Below, piece by piece: positions 10,014 through 18,475 of a DNA stretch of 26,884 nt. Source of the stretch: Salinarchaeum sp. (GTDB taxonomy: Archaea; Halobacteriota; Halobacteria; Halobacteriales; Salinarchaeaceae); assembly GCA_046540195.1 (NCBI GenBank), contig JBKHFN010000001.1, forward strand, positions 1 through 26,884. The letters run 5' to 3'. A model generated the notes under the pieces. That model was not told the DNA's origin. It ran no database searches and saw nothing but the letters and a program-made list of their open reading frames with translations. The position numbers and the translations under genes are program-made. How positions within the stretch are numbered: position 1 is the stretch's first letter; each line of letters begins with the position of its first letter.

Positions 10014-10029
10014 CAACTGAGATTGTTCT

Positions 10030-11076
10030 GTGGTACTCCATCGGACGCTCCGGTGGTCGGCCGGACTCGGTGTCGTCCTGCTGGGAGTCATCGTCGGTAG
10101 CGCCACCATCGGACCGGCAGACATCGGGGCCTTCGAGACGATAGCCATCCTCCTTGAGATGGTCGTGGTGCCCACCTACGCGGCCGGGAGTCTCGAGTGG
10201 ATCCACCCATTTGCCGCAGACGTGTCGACGACGACCCGTACCATCGTTGGATCAATCCGTCTGCCACGGATCCTCCTTGGGGCGGTTGTCGGGTTTGCGC
10301 TTGCGACCGCCGGCACGGTGTTCCAGGGATTCTTCCGAAATCCGCTGGCTGATCCGTCGATTATCGGCATCTCCGCTGGCGCCGCAACCGGAGCCGTCGG
10401 CTACATCGTCGCACCAGTTACCGTCCCATACGGACTCCCAGCGGCGGCGTTCGTCGGCGGGCTGTTTACCGGCGGGCTGGTGTACGTTATCGCGACGGAA
10501 GGCGGACGAACACCGGTTGCGACACTCCTGCTGGCGGGGATTGCCGTTCAGACGTTCTTCGGTGCCGTCATTTCCTATCTACTGTTGAACGCCGGGAGGA
10601 GCCTCGAACGCGTCGTGTACTGGCTCATGGGTCATCTCCACGCCAGCACGTGGTGGCGACTGAGCATTGCGGTGCCGCCAGTCCTGGTCGTCTTTGCCCT
10701 TCTGTTGGCTCACACCCGTGACCTCAATCTGCTGATGATGGGCGAGGAGCACGCCCACGCGCTCGGTCTTAACGTCGAGCGCAGCAAACGCAACCTCCTT
10801 GCCGGCGCCAGCATCGTGACCGCGGCCGGGGTCGCCGTTTCGGGCGTTATCGGGTTTGTCGGTCTCGTCGTCCCCCACATCATGCGCCTGCTTGTCGGCC
10901 CCGATCATCGGGTGCTACTCCCCACGAGTGCGCTTGCTGGCGCGATCTTCCTCGTAGCGACAGATACCGTTGCCCGCGCCGGGGCCGCAGAACTCCCCGT
11001 GGGGATCGTTACGGCCGCCCTCGGCGCGCCGTTCTTTCTGTACCTCCTCATCAGTCGTGAGGTGCACTCGGTATGA
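10030..11076 (+). CDS. btuC: vitamin B12-type ABC transporter permease (FecCD family)
   Basis: IRLPRIL, FRNPLADPSIIGISAGA, GEEHAHALG, IGFVGLVVPH and ELPVGIVTA motifs. Confidence 0.92.
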   Translation: MVLHRTLRWSAGLGVVLLGVIVGSATIGPADIGAFETIAILLEMVVVPTYAAGSLEWIHPFAADVSTTTRTIVGSIRLPRILLGAVVGFALATAGTVFQGFFRNPLADPSIIGISAGAATGAVGYIVAPVTVPYGLPAAAFVGGLFTGGLVYVIATEGGRTPVATLLLAGIAVQTFFGAVISYLLLNAGRSLERVVYWLMGHLHASTWWRLSIAVPPVLVVFALLLAHTRDLNLLMMGEEHAHALGLNVERSKRNLLAGASIVTAAGVAVSGVIGFVGLVVPHIMRLLVGPDHRVLLPTSALAGAIFLVATDTVARAGAAELPVGIVTAALGAPFFLYLLISREVHSV

Positions 11077-11849
11077 TCAAGGTTAACGATCTTGTCGTCA
11101 AACTGGGCGGCCAGCAAATCCTCAAGACAGTATCATTGTCGGTGGCGACCGGGACCGTCCTTGGGCTGGTCGGCCCAAACGGTGCCGGCAAGACGACGCT
11201 GTTGCGAGCCATCGACGGATTCCTTGATCCGACCGCCGGAACGGTGCGGATCGACGGCGACCGGGTTGAGACACTCGATGCGAGCGATCTCGGACAGCGA
11301 GTCGGGGTCGTCCCACAGGAGTCGACGATTGGGTTTGACTTCGATGTCGAGACACTCGTCGAAATGGGGCGATACCCTCACCGCGGACGCTTTGGCACGC
11401 CGACGGAGGCCGACCGACAGGCGATCGAGACGGCGCTTAAACGGACGGACACGACCGGTCTGCGCGACCGGTCGATAACAACGCTCAGCGGCGGACAGCG
11501 GCGGCGGGTGCTCATCGCTCGTGCGCTCGCACAGGACCCTGCCGTCTTGCTACTCGACGAGCCGACGGCCAGTCTTGATATTAACCACCAGACCGCAATT
11601 CTGTCGCTTGTACGGTCGATCGCTGCCGACGATCGAACGGTCATCCTCGCGATACACGACCTTGATCTCGCGGCGCGGTTCTGTGACCGGGTTGCACTCC
11701 TCGAAAACGGAACGATCCGCGCACGCGGTCGGCCACAGGACGTACTCACCGCCGATCGACTCAAAGCGGTGTTCGGCGTCGATGTGGCCGTTGAACCGCA
11801 TCCAGCGACCGGGCACCCATCGGTAACACCACAGCCGGAGGACGGCTAG
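11073..11849 (+). CDS. btuD: ABC transporter ATP-binding protein (BtuD/FepC type)
   Basis: Walker A GPNGAGKT, signature LSGGQRRR, Walker B LLLDEPT and H-loop IHDL; ATGA overlap with btuC. Confidence 0.92.
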   Translation: MIKVNDLVVKLGGQQILKTVSLSVATGTVLGLVGPNGAGKTTLLRAIDGFLDPTAGTVRIDGDRVETLDASDLGQRVGVVPQESTIGFDFDVETLVEMGRYPHRGRFGTPTEADRQAIETALKRTDTTGLRDRSITTLSGGQRRRVLIARALAQDPAVLLLDEPTASLDINHQTAILSLVRSIAADDRTVILAIHDLDLAARFCDRVALLENGTIRARGRPQDVLTADRLKAVFGVDVAVEPHPATGHPSVTPQPEDG

Positions 11850-13156
11850 ACCGACTCGACGGTTGCAACGAGGTCGCTAGCCTTCGAGCGCGACTGTGCG
11901 ACAACAGAGGGGTGGGCCGCAAACTCGATACAGACGCTATCGTTATTATAGCTCACGTCATCAACGCGCGCGTGGTCGTGCACCCATGAAACGACACTCA
12001 TCGTCTCATCGGTCATCGGCATCACCAGTCGCTCGTGCTCAAGTGCCGGCAGTTCCTCGTGGATCCGATCACGCAACGAGGCAATGTTAGCCCCGGTTGT
12101 GGCACTCACCGCGACCGGGTCGGTCGCCAGCGCCGAGAGTGCAGCGCGCTTCTCTGCGAGTTCGATCTCGTCAACGCGGTCGGTCTTGTTGAGGACCGTC
12201 GCAATCGGCGCCTCATTGCGCTCATAGAGCGTATCGTGGGCGGTCACGAGTTTCTCGCGGATGTCCTCAATCGGTTCGCTCACGTCAACAACGAGCAACA
12301 CAAGGTCGGCCCGGTAGACCGCATCAAGCGTCGACTTAAACGACTCCACAAGCCAGTGTGGCAAATCGCTGATAAAGCCGACCGTGTCCGTCACCAGCAC
12401 GTCGCGGCTGTCGATGGCCGCCTCGCGGGTAGTCGTGCCGAGGGTGGTAAACAGCCGGTCCTCGGATTCGGCTGTCGGGTCAAGATCCGGGTGGAGGTCC
12501 TCGTTTTCGTCGACATCAAGATCGGCCGCCAATCGGCGAAGCAGCGTCGATTTGCCGGCGTTCGTATAGCCCGCTAGCGCCACCAGATCGAAGCCAGACT
12601 CGCGGCGCTGGGCGCGACGGTCAGCCTCGGTCTGTTCGATGGCCTCAAGTTCGTCACGAATCCGGCTGATGCGCGCTTTGATGTCCTGTTCGCGGCTCTC
12701 GTCGTACTCGCCGAGCCCCATGAACCCGGGATGTTCGTCCCGTTTGGCGAGGCTCGTTTTGGCCTCCGTCCGCGGGAGTTCATAGCGTAACTCCGCAAGT
12801 TCGACCTGGAGTTGGGCCTTGCGCGTCTGTGCGCGCTGGCCGAAGATGTCCAAAATGAGCTTGAACCGGTCAAGTACCTCAGTCCCTTCTGGAAGTTTCT
12901 GTCCGAGATTGTACGTCTGATAGGGGCCAAGACGGTTGTCGAATAGGACCGTCTCTGCGTCGGTCGTGAAGACCGTCCGGGCGAGTTCCTGTACCTTCCC
13001 GGCGCCGATGGCCGTCGCCGGATCCTCCGGGCGCGTCTGGGTGATCTCTCCGACAACGGTATAGCCGGCCGACTCCGCGAGGTGTGTGATCTCCTCGGTG
13101 TCAGCCGTCCCCTGATCAACCCGCTTTACGATGACCGCACGCTGCTCGCCTGACAC
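11846..13156 (-). CDS. hflX: ribosome-associated GTPase HflX
   Basis: ILDIFGQRA, QVELAELRY, GYTNAGKST, LFTTL, DTVGFI and NKTD motifs. Confidence 0.96.
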   Translation of the reverse strand: MSGEQRAVIVKRVDQGTADTEEITHLAESAGYTVVGEITQTRPEDPATAIGAGKVQELARTVFTTDAETVLFDNRLGPYQTYNLGQKLPEGTEVLDRFKLILDIFGQRAQTRKAQLQVELAELRYELPRTEAKTSLAKRDEHPGFMGLGEYDESREQDIKARISRIRDELEAIEQTEADRRAQRRESGFDLVALAGYTNAGKSTLLRRLAADLDVDENEDLHPDLDPTAESEDRLFTTLGTTTREAAIDSRDVLVTDTVGFISDLPHWLVESFKSTLDAVYRADLVLLVVDVSEPIEDIREKLVTAHDTLYERNEAPIATVLNKTDRVDEIELAEKRAALSALATDPVAVSATTGANIASLRDRIHEELPALEHERLVMPMTDETMSVVSWVHDHARVDDVSYNNDSVCIEFAAHPSVVAQSRSKASDLVATVESV

Positions 13157-13209
13157 GTATACAGGGGTAGCTTACGGGCTCGGGAATAATAAACCCCGCC
13201 GCGACCGGG

Positions 13210-14154
13210 TTACACCAGTAGTCCAACAGCGAAGGTGACCGCGTAGGCCAACAGCAGCTTGCCGGTTCGCTCAAGCGCCGGGTTCAACGCATCACCGTCG
13301 GTGTGTGTCCAGACAGTGTTGGTTATCACGAGCCCATACGGAAGCGTCACAAGCGGTAATAGCGCACCGATGCCGGCTGGTTCGACCCCGACACCGAGCC
13401 AGAAGACCACGGGGACGAGGTATGACACCACCATCATGAGAAGAAATTCGATACGGCTGAGGCGGTAGCCAATGAGCACGGCGAGAGTGTGTTTGCCGGC
13501 GGCCCGATCTGACTCAAGATCCCGCACGTTGTTCACCACAAGAACGTTTGTCGACAGCGCCGCCATCGGAAGGCTCGCAACGAGGGCTTCAAGTGGAACC
13601 GTCCCGGCCGGAACACCGACCGGGGTCAGTACACCAAGACTCGCGACCGCCTGGACGTAGACGGTGCCAGTCACCGCAATGACTCCGAAGAAGACGAACA
13701 CGAAGAGATCACCAAGCCCGTGTGAGCCAAGCGGGTAGGGCCCCCCCGCGTAGGCGTAGCCGCTGATCAAGCTTGCCAGTCCGATGACGAGGATCGGGAC
13801 ACCACCGACGTACACCAGGTAGCCGCCCACCAGCAGCGCAAGGCCGTAGGTCGCAAGCGCCGCGGCTTTGACCCGATGGGCCGGGATCAATCCGGACTGG
13901 GTGACGCGCGTGTAGCCGTCCTCGCGGGCCGCATCAACGCCGCGAACGCCATCGTGATAGTCATTCGCGAAGTTCGTGCCGATCTGGATCAACAATGCCC
14001 CAACCAAGGCGGCGACAGCTGGACCGACGGCGGCAAGATCAAGCCAAAGTGCGACGGCGACGCCGACAATCACGGGGGCGGCCCCCGCAGGAAGTGTCTG
14101 TGGCCGAGCAGCCATCAGCCAGGCCCGGCGGCGACTGACCTCAGTACGCATCAT
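13210..14154 (-). CDS. menA: 1,4-dihydroxy-2-naphthoate polyprenyltransferase
   Basis: AARPQTL, NFANDYHD, YAGGPYPL..HGLGD and NNVRDLESDRAAGKHTLAV motifs; multi-TM. Start trimmed to ATG 14154 (or 14151). Confidence 0.93.
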   Translation of the reverse strand: MMRTEVSRRRAWLMAARPQTLPAGAAPVIVGVAVALWLDLAAVGPAVAALVGALLIQIGTNFANDYHDGVRGVDAAREDGYTRVTQSGLIPAHRVKAAALATYGLALLVGGYLVYVGGVPILVIGLASLISGYAYAGGPYPLGSHGLGDLFVFVFFGVIAVTGTVYVQAVASLGVLTPVGVPAGTVPLEALVASLPMAALSTNVLVVNNVRDLESDRAAGKHTLAVLIGYRLSRIEFLLMMVVSYLVPVVFWLGVGVEPAGIGALLPLVTLPYGLVITNTVWTHTDGDALNPALERTGKLLLAYAVTFAVGLLV

Positions 14155-14270
14155 TTCTGTGATGTCCGGGCAGCCGATTACCTTTGTCGGACTGGACGGA
14201 CGGGCACTCACACCTGCTGTGATCGGGGATACCTCCAACAGTTATGTGGCTTGACCCCGTCACCCTGTAT

Positions 14271-14441
14271 ATGCAGAACCTTCGCGCACCCCAACGCCGC
14301 ACCTGCGAGCGGTGCGGACGCTGTGAAGTATGGATCGACGGCGGCTGGCAGATTGACGAGGACAACAAGTGTCGTGTCGGTAGTCCCTACTGTATCCATG
14401 AGTGGGACATCACCGGCGATTTCTCTCCTCTTGACGGCTAA
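14271..14441 (+). CDS. small HEWD-family putative zinc-binding protein (56 aa)
   Basis: MQNLRAPQRRTCERCGR...PYCIHEWDITGDFSPL: CxxC plus CxHEWD, a small haloarchaeal family recognised from memory. Confidence 0.75.
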   Translation: MQNLRAPQRRTCERCGRCEVWIDGGWQIDEDNKCRVGSPYCIHEWDITGDFSPLDG

Positions 14442-14497
14442 GCGCGCGCTGCGGAGAAAAAGCAACCCTTAACTCGCGATAGCGGGTCTTTTTCTCC

Positions 14498-14980
14498 ATG
14501 AGCGATACGATTGAGGTTCTGGTCCCCGGTGGCCAGGCGGATCCTGGTCCGCCGCTCGGGCCGGAACTCGGTCCGACACCGGTCGATGTCCAGTCGGTCG
14601 TCCAGACGATCAACGACGAGACGGCGGCCTTCGATGGCACCGAAGTTCCCGTGACGATCACCTACGAGGAGGATGGAAGCTTCGAGATTGACGTCGGAGT
14701 GCCACCGACCGCCGAGCTCATCAAAGACGAAGCCGGCTTCAAGACCGGCAGCGGCACGCCACAGGAGGAGTTCGTGGCCGATCTCTCGGTCGATCAGGTC
14801 AAGCAGATCGCCGAGCAGAAACAGTCCGACCTGCTCGCGTACGACCTGAAAAACGCCGCCAAGGAGGTCGTCGGTACCTGTACCTCGCTTGGCGTGACCA
14901 TCGAGGGAGAAAATCCCCGTGAGTTCAAGGCGAAAATCGACGCCGGCGAGTACGACGACCACTTTGCGGCGGCCGCCTGA
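14498..14980 (+). CDS. rpl11: 50S ribosomal protein L11 (uL11)
   Basis: GGQADPGPPLGPELG, VPPTAELIK and KEVVGTCTSLG motifs. Confidence 0.97.
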   Translation: MSDTIEVLVPGGQADPGPPLGPELGPTPVDVQSVVQTINDETAAFDGTEVPVTITYEEDGSFEIDVGVPPTAELIKDEAGFKTGSGTPQEEFVADLSVDQVKQIAEQKQSDLLAYDLKNAAKEVVGTCTSLGVTIEGENPREFKAKIDAGEYDDHFAAAA

Positions 14981-15008
14981 GACAAGTTCGACGGCCGTCG
15001 ATAAGGAG

Positions 15009-15016
15009 TTTTATTA
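15009..15016 (+). promoter_or_regulatory. TATA box of the small HTH gene; the T-tract may also serve as the rpl11 terminator
   Basis: TTTTATTA located 24-31 nt upstream of ATG 15040. Confidence 0.5.
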
Positions 15017-15039
15017 TCGTCGAAGTTGTGCTCCCGAGT

Positions 15040-15279
15040 ATGGCGGCCGTCCTCGACAGCGAGACACGACAGCGACTGATGGCAAAGATCGATTCAACGA
15101 CAGCCAAGCTGGTCTTTCACTCGCTCGCCCTTGAAGGGGCGGCGACGGCGTCACAGCTGCAACGCCGACTCGACCTGCCACAGTTGACGATTTTGAGCGT
15201 GCTCGGCACACTCGCGCAACGTGGCGTCGTCGACACCGACACCTCCGGCGAGCAGGTCCGGTATCGTGCGGCGATCTAA
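15040..15279 (+). CDS. small winged-HTH protein (TrmB/MarR-like, 79 aa)
   Basis: 'STTAKLVFHSLALEGAATASQLQRRLDLPQLTILSVLGTLAQRGVV' fits a wHTH pattern; own TATA box. Confidence 0.7.
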   Translation: MAAVLDSETRQRLMAKIDSTTAKLVFHSLALEGAATASQLQRRLDLPQLTILSVLGTLAQRGVVDTDTSGEQVRYRAAI

Positions 15280-16106
15280 AGTTCGATCCGCTCGACGAGA
15301 TCCTGGCCCTCTGCCTCTTGGGTGTTGATCGCAACGATCCGGACGTGCTCCTCAAGGCCTGAGCCCTCCAGTTTTGCCTTGAGCAGCGAATCGACTTGGT
15401 AGACACCAACGGCGCTGTTCATCTCAATCTCGGCGGCGACCGGAACATCGTCTCCGGGTTCAAGCACGACCCGTTCGATTGCCCGACTCGAGAGCGTGTT
15501 GATTCCACGGCCACCTTTCTCGTAGGGCGTCCGCGACCGCCCCCGTTCCATGTCGAGTGCGTCAGCCACGCGAATAACGCCGGCCTCGGTCGTCAGCGGC
15601 TGCTCCTCGGTGTGATGACACAGGATTGCGTGAAGCACTTCGGCTTTGACACGGATAGCCGTTGACGGGTCATAGAACTCCGGAAGAATGTCATCGAGCA
15701 GCGGCGTTGCAACCGGAATCGAGTAGTAAGGGTGGTCGTGTCGGTGGACAATATGGCCAACGTCGTGCAATGTTGCCGCCAGCGCGATGATGACCGGTTC
15801 GTCAGCCTCCGTAAGTCCCTGCTGGCCGGCGTTGAACGGAACGCCAGCACGCTTGAGCAGTTCGTATAGCCGGAGCGCTCGGTCACGGACGATCGCGATA
15901 TGGGTCGGCCCGTGGTCGTTGTAGTTCATCCGGTCGACCGGGTTAACATTCTGGGCCTCAAGATAGGCGGCGATCACCTCGCTATCGGCGATGTACGTAA
16001 GGACGCGGTTGAGCCGCTCTTCGGGGAACGGGTGATCCGCCGTCGGGTTGTAGGTTCGGGTGCGCTCAACGGGATCAGCAAGCGACTCGTCATCAGGCAT
16101 ACCCAT
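15276..16106 (-). CDS. HD-domain metal-dependent phosphohydrolase
   Basis: NDHGPTH, ATLHDVGH, ILCHH and VADALD motifs give the H...HD...D pattern; start at 16106 or 16100. Confidence 0.88.
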   Translation of the reverse strand: MGMPDDESLADPVERTRTYNPTADHPFPEERLNRVLTYIADSEVIAAYLEAQNVNPVDRMNYNDHGPTHIAIVRDRALRLYELLKRAGVPFNAGQQGLTEADEPVIIALAATLHDVGHIVHRHDHPYYSIPVATPLLDDILPEFYDPSTAIRVKAEVLHAILCHHTEEQPLTTEAGVIRVADALDMERGRSRTPYEKGGRGINTLSSRAIERVVLEPGDDVPVAAEIEMNSAVGVYQVDSLLKAKLEGSGLEEHVRIVAINTQEAEGQDLVERIEL

Positions 16107-16138
16107 GGTAGTATAGCCCGGACACACAAAGCCCTGGC

Positions 16139-16600
16139 CTACCGCTCAAGGGCGTCAGCAATCGCATCGTACGGCGGTTCAACGGTCGGATTCTCACCGA
16201 TCCATCGGTAGGTGACCCGACCGTCATCATCAAGCAGAAACACCGCCCGCTTGGCGATCCGGTCAAGCCCGATATCGGCGAAGTCGGTCACCACGTCATA
16301 ATCCGCCATGATCGTCGCATCGGGGTCGGCTACCAGCGGGACCGATAGCCCCTCGGCGTCGCGAAAAGCGTTCAACGCGAAGGGAAGATCCCGGCTGATG
16401 CCTACAACCGTCACCGGGGCGTTACCGAATCGTTCCTCAAGGGCGTGCATCTCGCTCGTACAGGTTCCCGTGAATGCTCCTGGAAAAAACGCTACCAGTA
16501 CTGGCGGGTCGGCAAGCAGGTCCGCAAGGGCCGTGATATGGATCTCACCGTCGGCCATCGGCGCGGAAAACCCCAGGGCAACGTCGCCACATTCGAGCAT
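16139..16600 (-). CDS. peroxiredoxin (AhpC/TSA-Bcp-like, 1-Cys)
   Basis: FFPGAFTGTCTSE matches PxxxTxxC; GISRD and 'KRAVFLLD' carry the conserved Arg. Confidence 0.88.
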   Translation of the reverse strand: MLECGDVALGFSAPMADGEIHITALADLLADPPVLVAFFPGAFTGTCTSEMHALEERFGNAPVTVVGISRDLPFALNAFRDAEGLSVPLVADPDATIMADYDVVTDFADIGLDRIAKRAVFLLDDDGRVTYRWIGENPTVEPPYDAIADALER

Positions 16601-16702
16601 ACACGCGGCTTGAGCGCCAGAAAAATAGCCGTTGCGGCCGCGAGCGGACGGTTCGGAGAGGCAAAAAGACTATAATTGCCACCAGGCTACACACGGTCGA
16701 CA

Positions 16703-16963
16703 ATGGTGATGGACACGTTCGTGCCGATGTTCGGTCTCCCCGTTGGCCCGGAGGTGCTGGTGATCGTCCTCATCGCGATCCTGCTCTTCGGTGCCAACAA
16801 GATCCCGCAACTCGCCCGGTCAAGTGGGGAGGCCATCGGTGAATTCCAGAAGGGGAAACAAGAGGTCGAACAGGAACTACAGGAGATGCGCGACGAGGAC
16901 TCCGAGATCAGCGAGGGGCCCGAGGCGGAGCCGTCCACCAATCGATCGACGAATAATAACTGA
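16703..16963 (+). CDS. tatA: twin-arginine translocase subunit TatA
   Basis: GPEVLVIVLIAILLFGANKIPQLARSSGEAIGEFQKG; TATAAT box at 16671-16676. Confidence 0.93.
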   Translation: MVMDTFVPMFGLPVGPEVLVIVLIAILLFGANKIPQLARSSGEAIGEFQKGKQEVEQELQEMRDEDSEISEGPEAEPSTNRSTNNN

Positions 16964-16976
16964 TGCGTGTTGTCGT

Positions 16977-17049
16977 GGGCGTGTGGCCTAGCGGACAGGG
17001 CGAGGGGTTCCTAACCCCTCGATCGCGGGTTCGAATCCCGCCACGCCCG
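16977..17049 (+). tRNA. tRNA-Arg(CCT), intronless
   Basis: Acceptor stem GGGCGTG/CACGCCC, anticodon arm GAGGGG-TTCCTAA-CCCCTC, T-arm GCGGG-TTCGAAT-CCCGC, discriminator G; 73 nt. Confidence 0.97.
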
Positions 17050-17063
17050 TTCGAGTTGTGAAC
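17037..17063 (+). repeat. 27-bp direct repeat, left copy (tRNA 3' end plus 14 nt); att-like
   Basis: CCCGCCACGCCCGTTCGAGTTGTGAAC, identical to 18476-18502. Confidence 0.93.
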
Positions 17064-17070
17064 TAGCGGT

Positions 17071-17550
17071 CTAGACCGGCCAAGTTGGAAGCGAGGGCGT
17101 CTCATTCTCCCAGCGAATCGCCTCTACCGCCGTTGTGAACTGCTGTAGTCGGTCATCGAGGACGGCGAGTGGGTGCGCATCCAGAAACACGACACCATGT
17201 CGATCAACGGGCGTATCTTCGTGATTGAGTTGGATGTGGCAGCGCCCAAGATCCGGATGGTCGGCGTCCTGGTGGAAGCCAATCAGTAGGTTCCGGTCCG
17301 GCTCGATCCAGTTGATGCGGTAGTATTCGTGGTCGACGTCGGCAGGGTACCAGAAGCGAATCTCTAGCCGCGCGGTCGTCGCGTCGTAAAAGTCACTCAG
17401 AAACGTCGTCGGATCGACATCCGCGATGACGTACCGGGATCGGCGTCGAGACGGACGATAGCGCACATCCTCGCACCCAGCCTGCCTCGTCAATCGGTCG
17501 TGAACGTCGCGGAGGAGAGTCCGCTGTGTATAGCGGTCACGGGCCGGCAA
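17071..17550 (-). CDS. hypothetical protein, downstream partner in a TA-like pair; 5' end possibly frameshifted (ATG 17560)
   Basis: 159-aa acidic ORF from TTG with a His-rich motif GFHQDADHPDLGRCHIQ; directly follows the HTH gene. Confidence 0.65.
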   Translation of the reverse strand: MPARDRYTQRTLLRDVHDRLTRQAGCEDVRYRPSRRRSRYVIADVDPTTFLSDFYDATTARLEIRFWYPADVDHEYYRINWIEPDRNLLIGFHQDADHPDLGRCHIQLNHEDTPVDRHGVVFLDAHPLAVLDDRLQQFTTAVEAIRWENETPSLPTWPV

Positions 17551-17577
17551 GGAAGATCATTCTGTGAGAATGGAGGA

Positions 17578-18129
17578 TTAGCTCGTTGCGCGATCAGCCA
17601 CGTCGGTCATTTGTTCGCGAGCGGCTTCGACGTCGGAATAGAGTTCCAGTGCGTGTTTGATGAGGCGGCGATCCTCCTCGTTTTCACGCCAGAACGCGAT
17701 GACGTCACGGCGCTCACGGAGCCCGGCACTTGTGAGGTCGCCGTCAGCGAGCGACTGTTCGAGCTCCTCCCACGTCTCGACGTCGTAGGTCGCCTGCCAC
17801 GCCTCGATCTCCTCGGTGATCGCGGCTAGTTCGCTCCGCAGCTCTTCGCGCGTGTTCTCTTCGATGAGCGCCCGGATTTCCTCGAAGAGCAGTCGCGTGT
17901 AATCCGGCTGATAGCGCGTCGTCTCGCCGGCCTCGACGCGACGCAACTGCCCCTGGTCGACAAGATCCTGGAGTTCCTCGTTAGTCGTGCTCCAGGCGGC
18001 GTCGGCCTGCTCGCTGATCCAGTTAACTGACCGTGGTTCGCGAAGCGTCTCGGCGACCGCTCGAATACGGTCGCGGGCGCTCATCGACTCAGTCCACGAC
18101 TGGACGCCATCTCGCGAGGATTCGGACAT
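17578..18129 (-). CDS. winged-HTH protein with a helical C-terminus (antitoxin-like haloarchaeal family)
   Basis: 'SARDRIRAVAETLREPRSVNWISEQADAAWSTTNEELQDLVDQGQLRR' fits a wHTH; strong TATA ATATATATTT at 18169-18178. Confidence 0.75.
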   Translation of the reverse strand: MSESSRDGVQSWTESMSARDRIRAVAETLREPRSVNWISEQADAAWSTTNEELQDLVDQGQLRRVEAGETTRYQPDYTRLLFEEIRALIEENTREELRSELAAITEEIEAWQATYDVETWEELEQSLADGDLTSAGLRERRDVIAFWRENEEDRRLIKHALELYSDVEAAREQMTDVADRATS

Positions 18130-18201
18130 GCGTGACACCTCTTACAACAGTGTTGATGCTGTGCTCCCATATATATTTGTGCTCTCTCGCATAATCAAGA
18201 G

Positions 18202-18475
18202 TCAGACCTCCCGACGGAGGTTGTCAACACGCTCAATGAAGCCACCCCGGAGCAGTTCCAAGATGTTGCAGCTACGCCGAGGCGTTGGTCGAACACAAAG
18301 CGCGGGAAGCTCGTCTTGTGGAGGATACGGACGACACCGACGTCAAGGAACGCCCCGATGACTTCCCAGAGGGCGTGCCGGCGAAGGCAACGATCACGAT
18401 CAAGGAGATCAACGACAACCGCTACTCCTGCTGGCAGTGGCGGGAAAGGAGATGTGTCCGCCCGAGAATCGGAAG
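18202..18475 (+). pseudogene. decayed small gene of a type found at haloarchaeal integrated-element ends
   Basis: Joined frames read SDLPTEVVNTLNEATPEQFQDVA/YAEALVEHKAREARL...VPAKATITIKEINDNRYSCWQWRE/GD. Frame breaks near 18270 and 18445-18447, no start codon, truncated by the right repeat. Family recalled, not searched. Confidence 0.6.

Noticed and set aside
9972-10029. Cobalamin riboswitch upstream of the btu genes
   Set aside because: The gap is only 58 bp and has no B12-box
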